A DNA stretch of 63,964 nt, counting the filler, from Candidatus Rokuibacteriota bacterium (GTDB lineage: Bacteria; JAUVQV01; DATDCY01): the NCBI GenBank assembly GCA_031406795.1. It is 8 parts of 8 records of this genome, joined end to end, with 100 filler letters (N's around TTAATTAATTAA, not from the genome) between each part and the next. Parts side by side here need not be neighbours in the genome. Positions count along the whole stretch, not along the records: positions 1 to 1,969 come from JANOHV010000096.1; positions 2,070 to 4,127 come from JANOHV010000117.1; positions 4,228 to 6,639 come from JANOHV010000162.1; positions 6,740 to 11,372 come from JANOHV010000213.1; 4 more parts are not named here. One strand, written 5' to 3'. The position numbers and the translations under genes were made by a program. Shown here one piece after another: positions 1 to 9,455 of the stretch. Each line of letters opens with the position of its first letter. Positions within the stretch are counted from its first letter, which is position 1. The notes beneath the pieces were generated by a model. The model did no database searches. It was not told where the DNA came from and saw only the letters and a program-made list of their open reading frames with translations.

Positions 1-3
1 CGC

Positions 4-393
4 ATGGCCCCGTTCGCCGAGAGTGAAGAAAAGATGACCCGCCCGATCAAAGAGAAAACGGCAGCCGTAGTGGCTCGTGTCGCGGTAATAATATTTCTGT
101 TCGGCGCGGTAGATGTCCTGCTGTTCAACCCAGGCGCCGTCGCGAAGTTTGCCGCGAACCAGGACACGATTCGGCTGGTGCTCCTCGATGGCCTCATGCC
201 GAAGAAGAGTGGCGTCGAGGCGCTCGAAGAGATTCGCAGGCTGTGCCCCGGTATCAAGGCTGTCTTCATGAGCGGCTATGCCAATGATATATTCTCGGGT
301 GGCGCTCTCCCGGGCAAGGCCGCGGCCTTCATCCAGAAGCCGGTCATGCCCGCCGACCTGCTGAGTACCGTGCGGGAAGTCCTGGACCGGTAA
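4..393 (+). pseudogene. Partial response-regulator receiver domain fused to a hydrophobic N-terminus (probable deletion remnant of a hybrid sensor kinase)
   Basis: IRLVLLDGLMPKKSG...VFMSGY...FIQKP is the C-terminal part of a REC domain; the beta1 acidic pocket is missing and replaced by a TM-like stretch. Confidence 0.55.
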
Positions 394-416
394 GCCGGTG
401 CCAGGCGCGCGCGTGA

Positions 417-1253
417 TCAGGCGCCCAGTGTGAAGAAGAAAGTCGCCCCCGCGCCGGTATCAGCCTCGGCCCAGATGCGCCCGCCGTGACGATGTACGAT
501 CCGCTTGACGAGCGCCAGGCCGATCCCGGAGCCGGGAAAATCCTTGTCGGAATGGAGCCGCTGAAGCGGCTGAAAGAGCCGGTTCGCGTAGTGCATGTCA
601 AATCCGACCCCGTTGTCCCGGACGAAGAACTGGCGCTCCCCGTTCGTCTCGCGCCGGCCGACCTCGATCCGCGCCTCCGCCCGGGCCGAGGTGAACTTCC
701 AGGCGTTATCGACGATATGGCTCATGCAGCTTCGCAACAACTCTGGGTCGCCGGTCACGTGCAGCCCCTCGCCGATCACGCAAATCACTTCGCGTTCCGG
801 AGACGCCGCCCGCAGCGTGGCGATGGTTGCCGCGGCGACTGCTCCGAGGTCCACTGATGCCGAGTGGAGCGCGTGGCGCGTGACGCGGCTGAGCTGGGTC
901 AGCCCTTCGAGCATCAGGGCCATGCGCCGGGCCGCGTTCCTCATGTAGTCCAGATAGAGCTGACCTGCTTCGTCCAGCTTCTGTCCATACTCCTCCCGGA
1001 CGATGGCACCGTATCCGTCGATGGCGCGGAGCGGAGCGGTCAGATCGTGGGACACGACATAGGTGAGGACGGATAGATCCTGCCGTGCTTCCTCGAGTGC
1101 GGCGGTGAGGCGATCGCGCTCACACTCCAACTCGGCGATTCGATTCCGTTCAGTGGAATCCCGCTGGATCACGACCGCTCCTCCTCGATCCACGAAAAAC
1201 CGCGCCAGAGGTCCGGGCACATTGATTCTGGCGTCGCGGATGGTGTCTGTCAA
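417..1253 (-). CDS. Cytoplasmic sensor histidine kinase (HisKA + HATPase_c)
   Basis: H-box VSHDLTAPLRAI, N-box IVDNAWKF, G1 DNGVGF, G2 GSGIGLA. Confidence 0.9.
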   Translation of the reverse strand: MTDTIRDARINVPGPLARFFVDRGGAVVIQRDSTERNRIAELECERDRLTAALEEARQDLSVLTYVVSHDLTAPLRAIDGYGAIVREEYGQKLDEAGQLYLDYMRNAARRMALMLEGLTQLSRVTRHALHSASVDLGAVAAATIATLRAASPEREVICVIGEGLHVTGDPELLRSCMSHIVDNAWKFTSARAEARIEVGRRETNGERQFFVRDNGVGFDMHYANRLFQPLQRLHSDKDFPGSGIGLALVKRIVHRHGGRIWAEADTGAGATFFFTLGA

Positions 1254-1502
1254 TGACAGCTTGAAAATACTGGCAGCTCCTTTGCCTTCAACAACGTGAC
1301 TTCGAACAAGAACCGGAGCTTCTGCCTACCGATATGTATGACTAGCAAGGGAAATCAAAAATATGCGTACCATTAGGTATCTTTTATGCCGGCACGTGTG
1401 AGGGCGGAAAATCCGTCGCTAGATGCAATCCCCATCGTCACCCTGTCTGGTGTGACGTTTCGCGGCCGGACACACGGCCGAAGGAGCCCTATCTCCCCGT
1501 CA

Positions 1503-1518
1503 CGGCACACAATTTGCT
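1503..1518 (+). promoter_or_regulatory. Putative sigma-54 promoter upstream of the mvhD-like gene
   Basis: CGGCAC-N5-TTGCT, with the GG and GC dinucleotides at the exact -24/-12 spacing. Confidence 0.6.
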
Positions 1519-1572
1519 TGATTTGAATGGTTACTTTGCGGCATGCTGTAATGCTGGTACGGAGGTGGAGCG

Positions 1573-1635
1573 ATGAGCAGTGATCAGGGAGCCGGCACCA
1601 CGACGTCGGCGACATACGCGAAAGGACCAGCTTGA
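1573..1635 (+). CDS. Putative 20-aa leader peptide (MSSDQGAGTTTSATYAKGPA)
   Basis: GGAGGTGGAG Shine-Dalgarno at 1561; its TGA overlaps the ATG of the next gene (TGATG). Confidence 0.35.
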   Translation: MSSDQGAGTTTSATYAKGPA

Positions 1636-1969
1636 TGGGCGACATGAACATCACCGCATTGTGCTGCACCAACGCGCTCTACGAAGGACTCAAACCGGGG
1701 GAGTACTCCCGGGCCTACGTCAAGGGTGTGCAGATCATCGAAACTCCCTGTTCCGGCAAGGTCGAGCCGATCTACCTGCTCAAGGCCTTCGAGAAGGGGG
1801 CGGACCTCGTCGTGGTGCTCGCCTGCGACCAGCGGCTCTGCACCACGATCGAGGGGAGCAAGCGGATCCACAAGCGCATCGCGCGCACGAAGCAGCTGCT
1901 CGCCGAGGCCGGGCTGGAGCCCGAGCGGCTGGTGCTGCGCATCGTGCGCCGGCCGGCGCTGAAGTCGCT
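1635..1969 (+). CDS. mvhD: Hydrogenase iron-sulfur subunit, MvhD/FlpD family (3' truncated by gap)
   Basis: ITALCC, PCSGKVEP, AFEKGAD, ACxxxxC and GLEPERL motifs. Confidence 0.8.
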
Positions 1970-2069
1970 NNNNNNNNNNNNNNNNNNNNNNNNNNNNNNN
2001 NNNNNNNNNNNNNTTAATTAATTAANNNNNNNNNNNNNNNNNNNNNNNNNNNNNNNNNNNNNNNNNNNN
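1970..2069. other. Artificial contig linker (N44-TTAATTAATTAA-N44); identical linkers at 4128, 6640, 11373, 33359, 41987 and 54923
   Basis: All-frame stop linker flanked by N runs. Confidence 0.99.
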
Positions 2070-2701
2070 CCCACGAGGTACCAGCCCACGCTGTCGGCGG
2101 CCCCGGGCATCAGGCGCTTGACGCCCTCGTTCAGGTAGTCCCAGTGGAAGAGCAGCGGCGATTCGTCGGCCGTCTTGTCGCGCCCCCGGAAGATGCCGCG
2201 GATCGTCATCGGCCAGTCGCCCGGGTAGATCGTCCCGCGCAGCGTGATCGTCTGACCGAGCTTCCAGCCGAAGCGCGCCGCGGTCTTGCGTCCCACGACG
2301 CAGGCCGTGCGCTCCCGGCGGAACGCGGCCAGCTCCTCGGCGCTCAGCACCATCTCCGGGTAGAGATCCAGGTAGCCGTACGGCTCGACGGCGAAGTTCG
2401 GGAAGAAATTGCGCTCATTCTGGTAGATGCCCCCGAACCAGTTCCCCCACGAGACGCGGGCGACGCCCTCGACCTGGCGGATCCGCGGCGCGTAGGCGAG
2501 CGGCAGCGGGATGATCAGCGAGATCGAGCTGCGCGTGATGAGGCGCGCGGCGGACGAGGCCTCTACGCCGGCGTACCAGGCGTCGACGACGGTCCGCAGC
2601 AGCCCGAAGGAGAGGATCGCCACGGCCACCGCCACCACCGTGAGCGAGCTGCGCAGCGGGTGGCGTAGCGAATTGCGCAGCAGGATCTTAAGGAAGATCA
2701 T
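2070..2701 (-). CDS. ABC transporter permease, MacB/FtsX family (3' truncated)
   Basis: ILLRNSLRHPLRSSLT plus a TM helix, followed by a MacB-like periplasmic domain (WFGGIY, ACVVG..A..FGWKLG). Confidence 0.88.
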
Positions 2702-4127
2702 TGCTGAAGATTCCCGCCGGATTCACTGATCCCGCCGCTGCGTCGATCACCGAGAAATCCCTTCCCGTCGGCATCACGAAGAGGCAGTGGCCGCTGCTTC
2801 GCCCAGCCCATACCTCACCCCCCGTCCGCTTCTCCTCGGCGTCGGTGGTGTCGTAGAGGTTGGAGCCCTTGTACTCGACGGCGAGAATCCGGCCGTCAAC
2901 GAGCTTGCAGACAAAGTCCGGATAGAACCAGTCAGTCGAGGTCTGAAGACGGAAGGAACTTGCCTTGCGCGACAGGTTGCGCACCCAGAAACGCACCGCC
3001 CGTAAGCCATCGATGTGCTGCGCGCACAGAAACTCCTCCGCCGCGGCACCACTCTGCGGGGCTCGCTCGCGCAGCTCCCCGGGCTTCGGGCCGAAGTAAT
3101 GCCTCCGAAACTGAAACCCGCCCTCGTACAGCCAGCTCGGCTCGTAGGTCATCGTGCGAAAATCAACGGACTGACTGGGGTCAACCACAAGAGCGTCGTC
3201 AGGGAAAAGCATCGCCTGGAAAGTGGCCTTGCGCTCGGCATCCCGGTGCCGGCGGATCAAGGTCACCAACTCATCTCTGAGGCGAAAGCGGTCGAGCGCT
3301 AACTCGCCGACATTCAGGATATTGCAGCGGGCCATCAATCCGCGGGCGGCCTTGCGGAGAAATTCCGCCGATTCGCCGTACGGAATATCCTGGTGCTGGA
3401 TATCCCGGTCGAGCCACGCTACGAGTTTCTCCAGCGTCCAGTCGTCGACCTGCGTGAAGAGCATGACTTGTTTGTGCATCGCGGCGACGAATCCGGAGGG
3501 CGACCCCTCGGAGATGCCCGTCACGACCCGACCACCGTCGCCGACATCCACGAAACCCTCGGCGCCAGCGGGTCTCATCCGTGGGTCGTAGCTCTCCGGT
3601 AGCGTGGCGTCTTTCTCGCCGAGCCGCCAGGGGTGCTCCAGAAGGTGGGTGGCTTCGAATTCGAAGAGCCCCTGTTCTTCCCTCACGCTGAGCCGTGGGA
3701 CACGAAAATCGAGCCCTAGCTCGAACGGTGAGGGAGTGCGGGGCTCGCCGCTCGCGCCGAATGTCCGCTCGGTGGCCCGTACCATCTCCACGGCATCACG
3801 GAGCTTCCCGCGCGCCTCCTCGGTCCGCAAGGCGCCGGTGAGTCGCTCGGTGTCATCCAGGCTCAGTGGCGTCAAAATAGTGAGCGTGCTACGATCCCGG
3901 TCAATCCCGACGCTGCCGCCGATGCCTTCTACGCAGGCGGTTGCAGCATCCAGGTCGATCTCTTCGGGAGCGAACGTCACCGTCCGCGGCTGCACTCCCA
4001 GCGGGAGCATCCCCGGCGGTACGGGAATGATGATCCGTTCCGCCTCGGCGGCGGAGAAGCCATTCTTCTCCAGGGCATCGCGCAGCTCCGCGAGCACCTC
4101 CGCGATGGACGGAGACACCGAGAAGGC
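2688..4127 (-). CDS. Type III restriction endonuclease Res-like protein, C-terminal part (5' truncated)
   Basis: FWVRN...FYPDFVCKLVDGRILAVEYKG PD-(D/E)xK nuclease motif and EEKRxxGEVWA tail. Confidence 0.8.
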   Translation of the reverse strand, partial: AFSVSPSIAEVLAELRDALEKNGFSAAEAERIIIPVPPGMLPLGVQPRTVTFAPEEIDLDAATACVEGIGGSVGIDRDRSTLTILTPLSLDDTERLTGALRTEEARGKLRDAVEMVRATERTFGASGEPRTPSPFELGLDFRVPRLSVREEQGLFEFEATHLLEHPWRLGEKDATLPESYDPRMRPAGAEGFVDVGDGGRVVTGISEGSPSGFVAAMHKQVMLFTQVDDWTLEKLVAWLDRDIQHQDIPYGESAEFLRKAARGLMARCNILNVGELALDRFRLRDELVTLIRRHRDAERKATFQAMLFPDDALVVDPSQSVDFRTMTYEPSWLYEGGFQFRRHYFGPKPGELRERAPQSGAAAEEFLCAQHIDGLRAVRFWVRNLSRKASSFRLQTSTDWFYPDFVCKLVDGRILAVEYKGSNLYDTTDAEEKRTGGEVWAGRSSGHCLFVMPTGRDFSVIDAAAGSVNPAGIFSNDLP

Positions 4128-4227
4128 NNNNNNNNNNNNNNNNNNNNNNNNNNNNNNNNNNNNNNNNNNNNTTAATTAATTAANNNNNNNNNNNNNNNNN
4201 NNNNNNNNNNNNNNNNNNNNNNNNNNN

Positions 4228-4445
4228 TGTTCGACGCGGAGTTCAAGCGCTTCTGTAAATCGGTCGAGGCCGGAGAGGAGACCTTCCTCGATCCCTACGC
4301 CGCGGAACACGAAGCCGAATTCTTCGCGGTGGCGAGCGAGGCGTTCTTCGAGTCGCCGGAGGCGCTCAGGACCGGCTTTCCGGAGCTCTACGATCTCTTC
4401 AAGGGGTTCTACAAGCAGGACCCGGCAATCCGCCTGAAGTCCTGA
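4228..4445 (+). CDS. MtfA-family zinc peptidase (M90), C-terminal fragment
   Basis: Not in the ORF track; hand translation gives FLDPYAAEHEAEFFAVASEAFFESP...PELY..F..FYKQDP. Confidence 0.85.
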
Positions 4446-4448
4446 ACG

Positions 4449-5240
4449 TCAACTTCCCGTCGTTTGCATTTGCCCTGTAAGAATTAGCTGCACGGCCCGC
4501 CGATAAGCGTCCTCGTCGGAGGGCACGAGAGCGCGCTCGTCGTGTCCACCTTTGACCTCCAACACGGTGGTCGGCCCGCGGTAAGCCGAGATCACTTCCC
4601 GTTGATACGAAGGCGGCACAACGCGGTCGTCTTTCGAGACCACGAACATTGAAGGGACAATCGCCTTGCGCGCATTGGCGATACTGTCCAATCGAGCGGG
4701 GATAAATGGCGCTATTGCATATCGGGACAGCCATGCGGTGCGCCTCGCGTAGTGGCGCCGTAACAATTCCGCGAGCGGCATTGCGTTGCGAAGGATGACG
4801 CCTGAGGCGCCGCCCTCGGCGACCGCAAGCAACGCGGCGGCCGTGCCTATGCTCTTGCCGCAAACCCATATTGGCTTGCCGCGCGCATGCTTCCGCAGAC
4901 GGTCGATCGCCGCCAATGCGCAGTCTGCATACCGCTCGAGGTCTGGAGGCCCGCTTGTCTGGCCGAATGCAGGCGGATTGACTGTCCATACTTCCGCGCC
5001 CAATCCCGCCACCCTGTCGGCGGGATCCAATGTTGCCATTTCGGCCCGGCCGCGACTGCCCAGGAACCGCAAAAAGTAGACATTAGGTTCCCGTCGTTCA
5101 GAGACAGGCGACTCGCTATACTCGCGCCAGATCTGCACCTTGCCCCAGGCAGTCCCAATGAGCAGTTCCTCCTTTGCGCAAGGGATATAGTGGTGCGAAG
5201 GGCTCAGAAATCCACGGCTCACCAAAGTTCTGAGGATCAT
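4449..5240 (-). CDS. Alpha/beta hydrolase
   Basis: GKSIG nucleophile elbow, DDRVVP acid, GGHD His; start codon uncertain. Confidence 0.8.
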   Translation of the reverse strand: MILRTLVSRGFLSPSHHYIPCAKEELLIGTAWGKVQIWREYSESPVSERREPNVYFLRFLGSRGRAEMATLDPADRVAGLGAEVWTVNPPAFGQTSGPPDLERYADCALAAIDRLRKHARGKPIWVCGKSIGTAAALLAVAEGGASGVILRNAMPLAELLRRHYARRTAWLSRYAIAPFIPARLDSIANARKAIVPSMFVVSKDDRVVPPSYQREVISAYRGPTTVLEVKGGHDERALVPSDEDAYRRAVQLILTGQMQTTGS

Positions 5241-5927
5241 TTGAACGACATCTCTGCCTGGATCTCTTCACTCCGACAAGAGTGGATTGCGGGTTGCTCG
5301 GATGAGGTTCTGAAGACAGCCTATCTCCAATATCAATCGCCGGGACGGTTCTATCACACGTGGAGTCACATTCGCGCATGCGTTGAAGCGCTGCACACGT
5401 TCCCATGCGAATCCGGTCGGAACGTGTTCCTAGCATTACTTTTTCACGATGCTATCTACATTCCGGGAAACCCGGAGAACGAGGAGCAAAGCGCCGGCAT
5501 TGCAGCGCGAATCCTGCAGCAACACTCGGACCTCGGGGAGACTGAGCTGGAGAAGGTCTGCCGCCTGATCCTTGCAACGCGCGACCACAGGGTCGAGGGG
5601 CGAGACGATGGCCCGGATCTGCGCGCGGTCCTGGATATCGACATGAGCATCCTCGGAGAATCGTGGGACAAGTACCGCCAGTACGCCGACGGGGTGCGCA
5701 ACGAGTACTGTCCGTCCGTCACCACCGAATTGCGATTCGTGGCGGGCCGCATCAAGTTCCTGTCGGGCGTTCTCGCGTCGCGAACCATCTTCCATTCACC
5801 TGAAGGAATTTCCCGTTGGGAGCGAAATGCCCGGGAGAATGTCGGCCGCGAGCTGGGCGAATTGCGGTCGCAACAGAATTTTTTCTGGCGAACAGTTTCC
5901 GCATTGCTTGGTTGGGCGCGGCATTGA
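5241..5927 (+). CDS. HD-superfamily predicted metal-dependent phosphohydrolase
   Basis: RFYHTWSHI, ALLFHDAIY, NEEQSA, LDIDMSILG, VRNEY; TTG start with GAGGA RBS. Confidence 0.85.
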   Translation: MNDISAWISSLRQEWIAGCSDEVLKTAYLQYQSPGRFYHTWSHIRACVEALHTFPCESGRNVFLALLFHDAIYIPGNPENEEQSAGIAARILQQHSDLGETELEKVCRLILATRDHRVEGRDDGPDLRAVLDIDMSILGESWDKYRQYADGVRNEYCPSVTTELRFVAGRIKFLSGVLASRTIFHSPEGISRWERNARENVGRELGELRSQQNFFWRTVSALLGWARH

Positions 5928-6379
5928 AAACCCTGCTGATCGTGTTTCACACCGGCGGCGTCAAGACCGCTAGGATGGCCGAGGCAGTGGAGCGTGGTGC
6001 ACGCGGTGAGCCCGGAGCAAATGTGGTCGTCAAGCGCTGCGCCGACGCCGGGCCTGAGGATGTTCTCGCCGCCGATGGCCTGATCCTCGGCACGCCGGAG
6101 AACTTCGGCTACATGTCGGGAATGATGAAGGACTTCCTCGAGCGCGTGTTCTACGCCTGCGAAGGCAAGGTCAATGGCAGGCCCTATGCGCTTTTCGTGG
6201 GTGCGGGGCAGGACGGCGCGGGCGCGGTCAGTTCCGTGGAAAGAATCGTAGCCGGCTTGCGACTGGAGAAGAAATCCGAGCCCGTGATTGGATTGAAGGA
6301 ACTTACGCCCGAGGTTCTTGAAAAATGCGAAGAACTCGGCGCGGCATTTGCCGCCGGGTTGGCGCTCGGCGTGTTCTAA
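5924..6379 (+). CDS. Flavodoxin-family NAD(P)H-dependent oxidoreductase
   Basis: LLIVFHTGGVKT, ADGLILGTPENFGYMSGMMKDF; TTGA overlap with the upstream stop. Confidence 0.85.
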   Translation: MKTLLIVFHTGGVKTARMAEAVERGARGEPGANVVVKRCADAGPEDVLAADGLILGTPENFGYMSGMMKDFLERVFYACEGKVNGRPYALFVGAGQDGAGAVSSVERIVAGLRLEKKSEPVIGLKELTPEVLEKCEELGAAFAAGLALGVF

Positions 6380-6405
6380 AAAAAATCGGGCTCTGACCCC
6401 GATTT
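6378..6405 (-). terminator. Hairpin between convergent genes, probable intrinsic terminator
   Basis: AAATCGGG-N7-CCCGATTT; the adjacent A-run reads as a U-tract on the minus strand. Confidence 0.6.
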
Positions 6406-6408
6406 CCC

Positions 6409-6639
6409 TCACAGCACCAGTTCGGAGCCTTCGGCGGGCGCGTCGCAGACCACGCTCGATCCGAGCCGCAGGAGTTCCTTGCGTGTCTCCTCCAGCTTGA
6501 GGTCGATGTCGGCGTCGGTCTGGTCCGGGTCGTGGTGGAAGAGATGCAGCCGCTTTACTTCGGCGCGCGCCGCGAGGTCGGCCACCTGGCTGACGCAGGA
6601 ATGGCCCCAATCCACTTTCGACGGGTACTCGTGGTCGCG
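6409..6639 (-). CDS. MBL-fold metallo-hydrolase, C-terminal fragment
   Basis: WGHS...VKRLHLFHHDP...PAEG motifs. Confidence 0.85.
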   Translation of the reverse strand, partial: RDHEYPSKVDWGHSCVSQVADLAARAEVKRLHLFHHDPDQTDADIDLKLEETRKELLRLGSSVVCDAPAEGSELVL

Positions 6640-6746
6640 NNNNNNNNNNNNNNNNNNNNNNNNNNNNNNNNNNNNNNNNNNNNTTAATTAATTAANNNNN
6701 NNNNNNNNNNNNNNNNNNNNNNNNNNNNNNNNNNNNNNNGGCGTTC

Positions 6747-6916
6747 CTGTGCCGGGCGGGGATCAACCCCGCCCCTACGACCTGCCATCGCTGTGCCCGG
6801 GGATCAACCCCGCCCCAACGACCAGCCATCGCTGTGCCCGGGGATCAACCCGCCATCGCACCCGTTGCGCCGCTGCGCCCAATGCAATGCCGTAGGGGAG
6901 AGGTTCACCCCCTCTC
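6747..6916. repeat. Cluster of GTAG-type REP palindromes: three decaying tandem units plus an inverted REP overlapping the thiE stop
   Basis: GGGCGGGGATCAACCCCGCCCCTAC-like units at about 6747, 6791 and 6832; GTAGGGGAGAGGTTCACCCCCTCTC at 6892. Confidence 0.8.
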
Positions 6917-7606
6917 TCGCGCGGCAAGCGCCTCCCGCACCCGCGCGCACAAATCCCGCGTGGCCTCCTCCGGATTTCTTGCGCCGCTGACCGCGGCGAT
7001 CACCGCCACGCCGTCGGCGCCGGCCCCGATCGCCGCGGCGGCGTTCGTCGCGTCGACCCCCCCGATGGCGATGATCGGCAGCCGCGTCTGCGCGCGCCGG
7101 CGCCGCACCGCCTCGAGCCCAACCACCGCGATCGCCTTGGTGCTCGTCGGGTAGACCGCCCCGACGGCGACATAGGAGGCGTGCGCCGCGTGCGCCCGCG
7201 CGAGGTCCTCGTCGGTGTAAATCGAAACGCCGATCAGCCCGCGCTCTCCGAGCAGCCTCCGCGCCTGGTCCGGCGCCGAATCCCCGGGGCCGACGTGCAC
7301 GCCGTCCGCGCCGCAGGCGAGCGCCGCCGCCGCGTCGTCGTTCACGAAGAAAAGGGCGCCGGCGGCGCGACACGCCGCGGCCAGACGCCGCCCGAGCGAG
7401 AGAAGGGCGCCGCCCGCCAATCCCTTGGCCCGCAACTGGACGGCGTCCGCCCCGCCGGCGAGCGCCGCCGCCGTGAGGGCCTCGATCGGGGAAAAGGGGA
7501 CGGGAAAGGGGACAGATTTATTTTCAACAGAAAATAAATCTGTCCCCTTTTCCCAGCGCGGATCCGGGACGATCACGATGACCCGGGGGGCCGCGGGGCG
7601 GCTCAC
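6905..7606 (-). CDS. thiE: Thiamine-phosphate synthase, with an in-frame palindromic insertion
   Basis: [37 protein letters not shown] overlap with the accC stop. Confidence 0.92.
   Translation of the reverse strand: MSRPAAPRVIVIVPDPRWEKGTDLFSVENKSVPFPVPFSPIEALTAAALAGGADAVQLRAKGLAGGALLSLGRRLAAACRAAGALFFVNDDAAAALACGADGVHVGPGDSAPDQARRLLGERGLIGVSIYTDEDLARAHAAHASYVAVGAVYPTSTKAIAVVGLEAVRRRRAQTRLPIIAIGGVDATNAAAAIGAGADGVAVIAAVSGARNPEEATRDLCARVREALAARERG
7505..7550. repeat. Perfect 21-bp inverted repeat inside the thiE coding sequence
   Basis: AAAGGGGACAGATTTATTTTC-AACA-GAAAATAAATCTGTCCCCTTT. Confidence 0.95.
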
Positions 7607-8943
7607 TTGCGCAGGAAGGTGTCGAGGAACTGCGTTGAGAAACGCCCCTGGATGAAGTCCATGTCGCGCAGCACCCGCAGATGCAGCGGGATGGTGGTCT
7701 TGACCCCGACGATCCGGTACTCGTCGAGGGCGCGGAGCATCCTCATGATCGCCTCTTCGCGCGTGTTGCCGTGCGCAAGCAGCTTGGCGATCATCGAGTC
7801 GTAGTGGGGCAGGACTTTCCAGCCCGCGAAGGCCGCGCTGTCGATCCGGATGCCCGGCCCGCCCGGTGCGTGGTATTCGCTGATCGTGCCCGGGCAGGGC
7901 GTGAAGCGCTCCGGGTCCTCGGCGTTGATCCGGCACTCGATGGTGTGCCCGGTCGGCGCCTGCTCCTTGGGATCGAAGCGCAGGGCCGCGCCGTCGGCGA
8001 TCCGGATCTGTTCTTTCACCAGGTCGATGCCGGTCTGCATCTCGGTCACCGAGTGCTCGACCTGGATCCGCGTATTCATCTCCATGAAATAGTAGTTGCC
8101 CTTGCGGTCCACGAGGAACTCCACCGTCCCCGCCCCCGTGTAGCCGACGCGCTCGGCGATGCGCACCGCCGTGCGCCCCATCTCCCGGCGCAGCCGCGGC
8201 GTCATCACCGTGGAGGGGGACTCCTCGATCAGCTTCTGGTGCCGGCGCTGGATCGAGCAGTCCCGCTCGCCCAGGTGCACCGCGTTGCCGTGGGTGTCCG
8301 CGAGGATCTGGAATTCGATGTGGCGCGGGTCCTCGAGGTACTTCTCGACGTAGACGTCCGGGATGCCGAAGCCGGCCTGGGCCTCGGTGCGCGCCTGGAG
8401 AAAGAGGCTGCCGAACTCCTCCTCGTGGTGTACCAGCCGCATCCCCTTGCCGCCGCCACCGGCGCTGGCCTTGATCATCACCGGCAGCCCGATGGCGCGG
8501 ATGATCTCCAGCCCCTCGGCCTCGCTGCTGATGATGGTCTTGCTCCCCGGGATCAGCGGCAGACCGGCGCGGCGCACCATGTCCCGCGCCGAGGACTTAT
8601 CGCCCATCAGCTTCATGGCGCGCGAGGAAGGGCCGATGAAGCCGATCCGGCAACTCTCGCAGACCTCGGCGAAGTGGACGTTCTCGGCCAGGAAGCCGTA
8701 GCCGGGGTGGATCGCCTCGGCACCGGTGATCTCCGCGGCGCTGATGATCGCGGGGATCGAGAGATAGCTCTTGGCGCTCTCGGCAGGACCGACGCAGACC
8801 GCCTCGTCGGCCAGGCGCACGTGCAGGCTCGGGGCATCGACGTCGGCGTAGATCGCTACCGTGCGAATGCCCATTTCGCGGCAGGCCCGGATGATCCGGA
8901 CGGCGATCTCGCCGCGGTTGGCGATCAGGATCTTGCGGTACAT
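7603..8943 (-). CDS. accC: Acetyl-CoA carboxylase biotin carboxylase subunit
   Basis: [52 protein letters not shown]. Confidence 0.97.
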   Translation of the reverse strand: MYRKILIANRGEIAVRIIRACREMGIRTVAIYADVDAPSLHVRLADEAVCVGPAESAKSYLSIPAIISAAEITGAEAIHPGYGFLAENVHFAEVCESCRIGFIGPSSRAMKLMGDKSSARDMVRRAGLPLIPGSKTIISSEAEGLEIIRAIGLPVMIKASAGGGGKGMRLVHHEEEFGSLFLQARTEAQAGFGIPDVYVEKYLEDPRHIEFQILADTHGNAVHLGERDCSIQRRHQKLIEESPSTVMTPRLRREMGRTAVRIAERVGYTGAGTVEFLVDRKGNYYFMEMNTRIQVEHSVTEMQTGIDLVKEQIRIADGAALRFDPKEQAPTGHTIECRINAEDPERFTPCPGTISEYHAPGGPGIRIDSAAFAGWKVLPHYDSMIAKLLAHGNTREEAIMRMLRALDEYRIVGVKTTIPLHLRVLRDMDFIQGRFSTQFLDTFLRK

Positions 8944-8954
8944 GGCGCCCGGGC

Positions 8955-9434
8955 CTAGTCGGCCGTCTCGATTTCGAAGAGAGGCTCCCCGAATTCAACC
9001 GGGCGCCCGTCCTCGGCGAGCACGGCCCGCACGACGCCCGCCTGCTCGGCTTCGATCTGGTTCATCAGCTTCATCGCCTCGATGATGCAGAGCACCTGGC
9101 CCTTGCGGACGCGATCGCCGACCTCGACGAAGGTGGCGGCGTCCGGTCCCGGAGAGCGATAAAAGCGACCGACCAACGGCGCGCAAACGAGCACCACGTT
9201 TTCGGGGAGCGCGGCATCGGCGGCCGCGGCGCCGGCAGCGGTCGCGGCTGGGGCGGCTGCCGGTTGCGACACGACCGGCGGCGGCAGCGCGAAGGTCGGC
9301 ACTGGGGATTGGGAGTTGCCGTCGCGCCGAACGCGGATCCGGGTGCCGGAGCGCTCGACCTCGACCTCGACGACATCGGTCCCGCTGATCAGGTCGATCA
9401 GGTCCTTCACGTCCTTGATATTCATCATCGTCAT
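8955..9434 (-). CDS. accB: Acetyl-CoA carboxylase biotin carboxyl carrier protein
   Basis: EAMKLMN biotinylation motif, Ala/Pro linker, directly upstream of accC. Confidence 0.96.
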   Translation of the reverse strand: MTMMNIKDVKDLIDLISGTDVVEVEVERSGTRIRVRRDGNSQSPVPTFALPPPVVSQPAAAPAATAAGAAAADAALPENVVLVCAPLVGRFYRSPGPDAATFVEVGDRVRKGQVLCIIEAMKLMNQIEAEQAGVVRAVLAEDGRPVEFGEPLFEIETAD

Positions 9435-9455
9435 GCCCTCGATACTATTTCTCAT

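Noticed and set aside
1633..1635. TGA as selenocysteine read-through into mvhD
   Set aside because: The leader ORF is in a different frame from mvhD, so read-through would not fuse them
1970..2069. Recurrent TTAATTAATTAA palindrome within N runs
   Set aside because: Artificial contig linker, not biological
4887..5240. N-terminal extension of the HD-domain ORF
   Set aside because: Overlaps the opposite-strand hydrolase; an RBS and TTG at 5241 fit better
6747..6860. Possible CRISPR array
   Set aside because: Units are tandem with no unique spacers and no cas genes; they are REP-derived
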